Shown: positions 62,709-64,000 of the stretch, piece by piece
Layout of the letters: each line of letters opens with the position of its first letter
Numbering within the stretch: the first letter of the stretch is position 1
DNA from: Leucoraja ocellata
Taxonomy: Eukaryota
DNA: 64,000 nucleotides
Assembly: GCA_036785375.1 (NCBI GenBank)
Contig: JAWMAR010000574.1
Location: forward strand, 496,001-560,000
Reading direction: 5' to 3'
Notes under the pieces: model-generated
Seen by the model: only the letters and a program-made list of their open reading frames with translations
The model's database searches: none
What the model was told of the DNA's origin: nothing
Program-made: the position numbers and the translations under genes

Positions 62709-63339
62709 CAATTAAAATTATGCTTGTTGCTGAGGTAGAAAATGTATTGTATTCCTGATGGGCCACAGAGCATGTTCAAAGGGCCCAATGGCCTACTCCT
62801 TCCTCTAACATCCTACCTTGTCATTATAAAATCTTTTCACAGTGATAGAGAAAGCAAAGCAGATGAAAGGGATAAGGACACGAGGAGCAGAAAGCAAACC
62901 TCCACAAAGGGTTAACTTTCTAACGTTTAACCTTCTTGCTCAGAGTGGATATTGGAGATTCCAGTGTTCATTGGCCAGAGTTCCCTGTTGAATTAAATAC
63001 ATGATTGCACAATTGTAAGCAATAGGTGGCAAGTCTTCCTGCTGGGAGAAAAAGGTTAATGCTGAAGTCATGCATGGCTGACTGCAGAGCATAAACATAT
63101 CGAATAGTAAAATAGCTGTCATTTATATGATAAATGTGATTTAGAGATATCATCCAAAAACTTCCTACATTTCCAAAGTCCCCAAAAAACGATGTAGTTG
63201 GGAAATTCCAGAACAGTTTACAACAATCTTTACACTGGTAACCTTTGAGATGAGAAGAAGTGAGGGTGGTGAATCTTTGGAATTTTCTTTCCCGGAGTGC
63301 TGTGCAGTTAGTCCGAGATCACTCAAACAGAGACTGAAA

Positions 63340-63941
63340 CTCAAAGAGAGCGGCTGTATTTCCTAAGGTCTCTACGGAGAGCTAACGTCTCACAGCCGCT
63401 GCTGCTGTCCTTCTATCGATGCGCCGTGGAAAGTATCCTCACCTATGGAATCCTGGTGTGGTTTGCCCGCTGTACTGTGGCTGAGAGGAGGGCGCTGCAG
63501 GGAATTATAAAAACTGCGCAGCGCATTACAAACGCTAACCTGCCCTCCTTGGATGACATATACAAGGCCCGATGCTTGCGCAGGGCCATAAATATCAAGA
63601 AGGACACATCCCACCCTGCCAACCACCTTTTTACTCTGCTACCCTCCCGGAGGCGATTCAGGTCTCTGCGGGCTCGCACTGGTAGACTAAAAAATGGTTT
63701 CTACCATTGTGCGATAAAAGAGCTTAACTCCAATAGTGAACACTGGGAAGCAAGAAGTAACTTCGAGGAATACCGCTAAATTCTTTTAAACTCTTTTAAA
63801 AATGTATTTATATTCTACTATTAACTGTACATCTGTGCATTGGTGTCGTGTTGTATTCCTTTTAACGGAGGAGAAGCAAATGGAATTTTGTTGCTCAGTT
63901 TTGTGCAATGACAATAAACATATTCTATTCTATTCTATTCT
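63340..63941 (+). mobile_element. Rex1/Babar LINE 3' end
   Basis: RLYFLRSLRR..FYRCAVESILTYGILVWF..RCLRRAINI.KD.SHPANHLFTLLPS.RR; aatgacaataaa plus (ATTCT)n tail. Confidence 0.92.
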
Positions 63942-64000
63942 GATAGACTAGATACTAAAGGAATCAAAGAATGTGTGCAAAATGCAGGAAAATGACAAGG

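Overview
Repeat-dominated, non-coding vertebrate genomic DNA (intergenic or a large intron). The repeat repertoire (HE1-type tRNA-derived SINEs, CR1 LINEs, Penelope-like elements) suggests a cartilaginous fish, probably a skate or ray; this is an inference. No intact host protein-coding gene can be supported. Every recognisable ORF is a decayed transposon fragment: CR1 ORF2, Rex1/Babar RT, RTE, Penelope RT/GIY-YIG, a Gypsy RT scrap, and a frameshifted Tc1 DD34E transposase in a full-length element with long TIRs. Non-autonomous Harbinger-like and hAT-like DNA elements and three assembly gaps are also present. Most notable: (1) many short Penelope terminal-repeat insertions with minimal hammerhead-ribozyme motifs and 10-17 bp target-site duplications (TSDs); (2) GC-rich non-coding retroposons sharing a Rex1-type 3' end whose hairpin is conserved in structure but not sequence; (3) deep nested insertion series that give a relative chronology; (4) a fold-back array built from Penelope repeat pieces; (5) a candidate 39-nt exon and enhancer-like repeat-free islands. 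Family names come from motif recognition, not database searches, and boundaries of old repeats are approximate.
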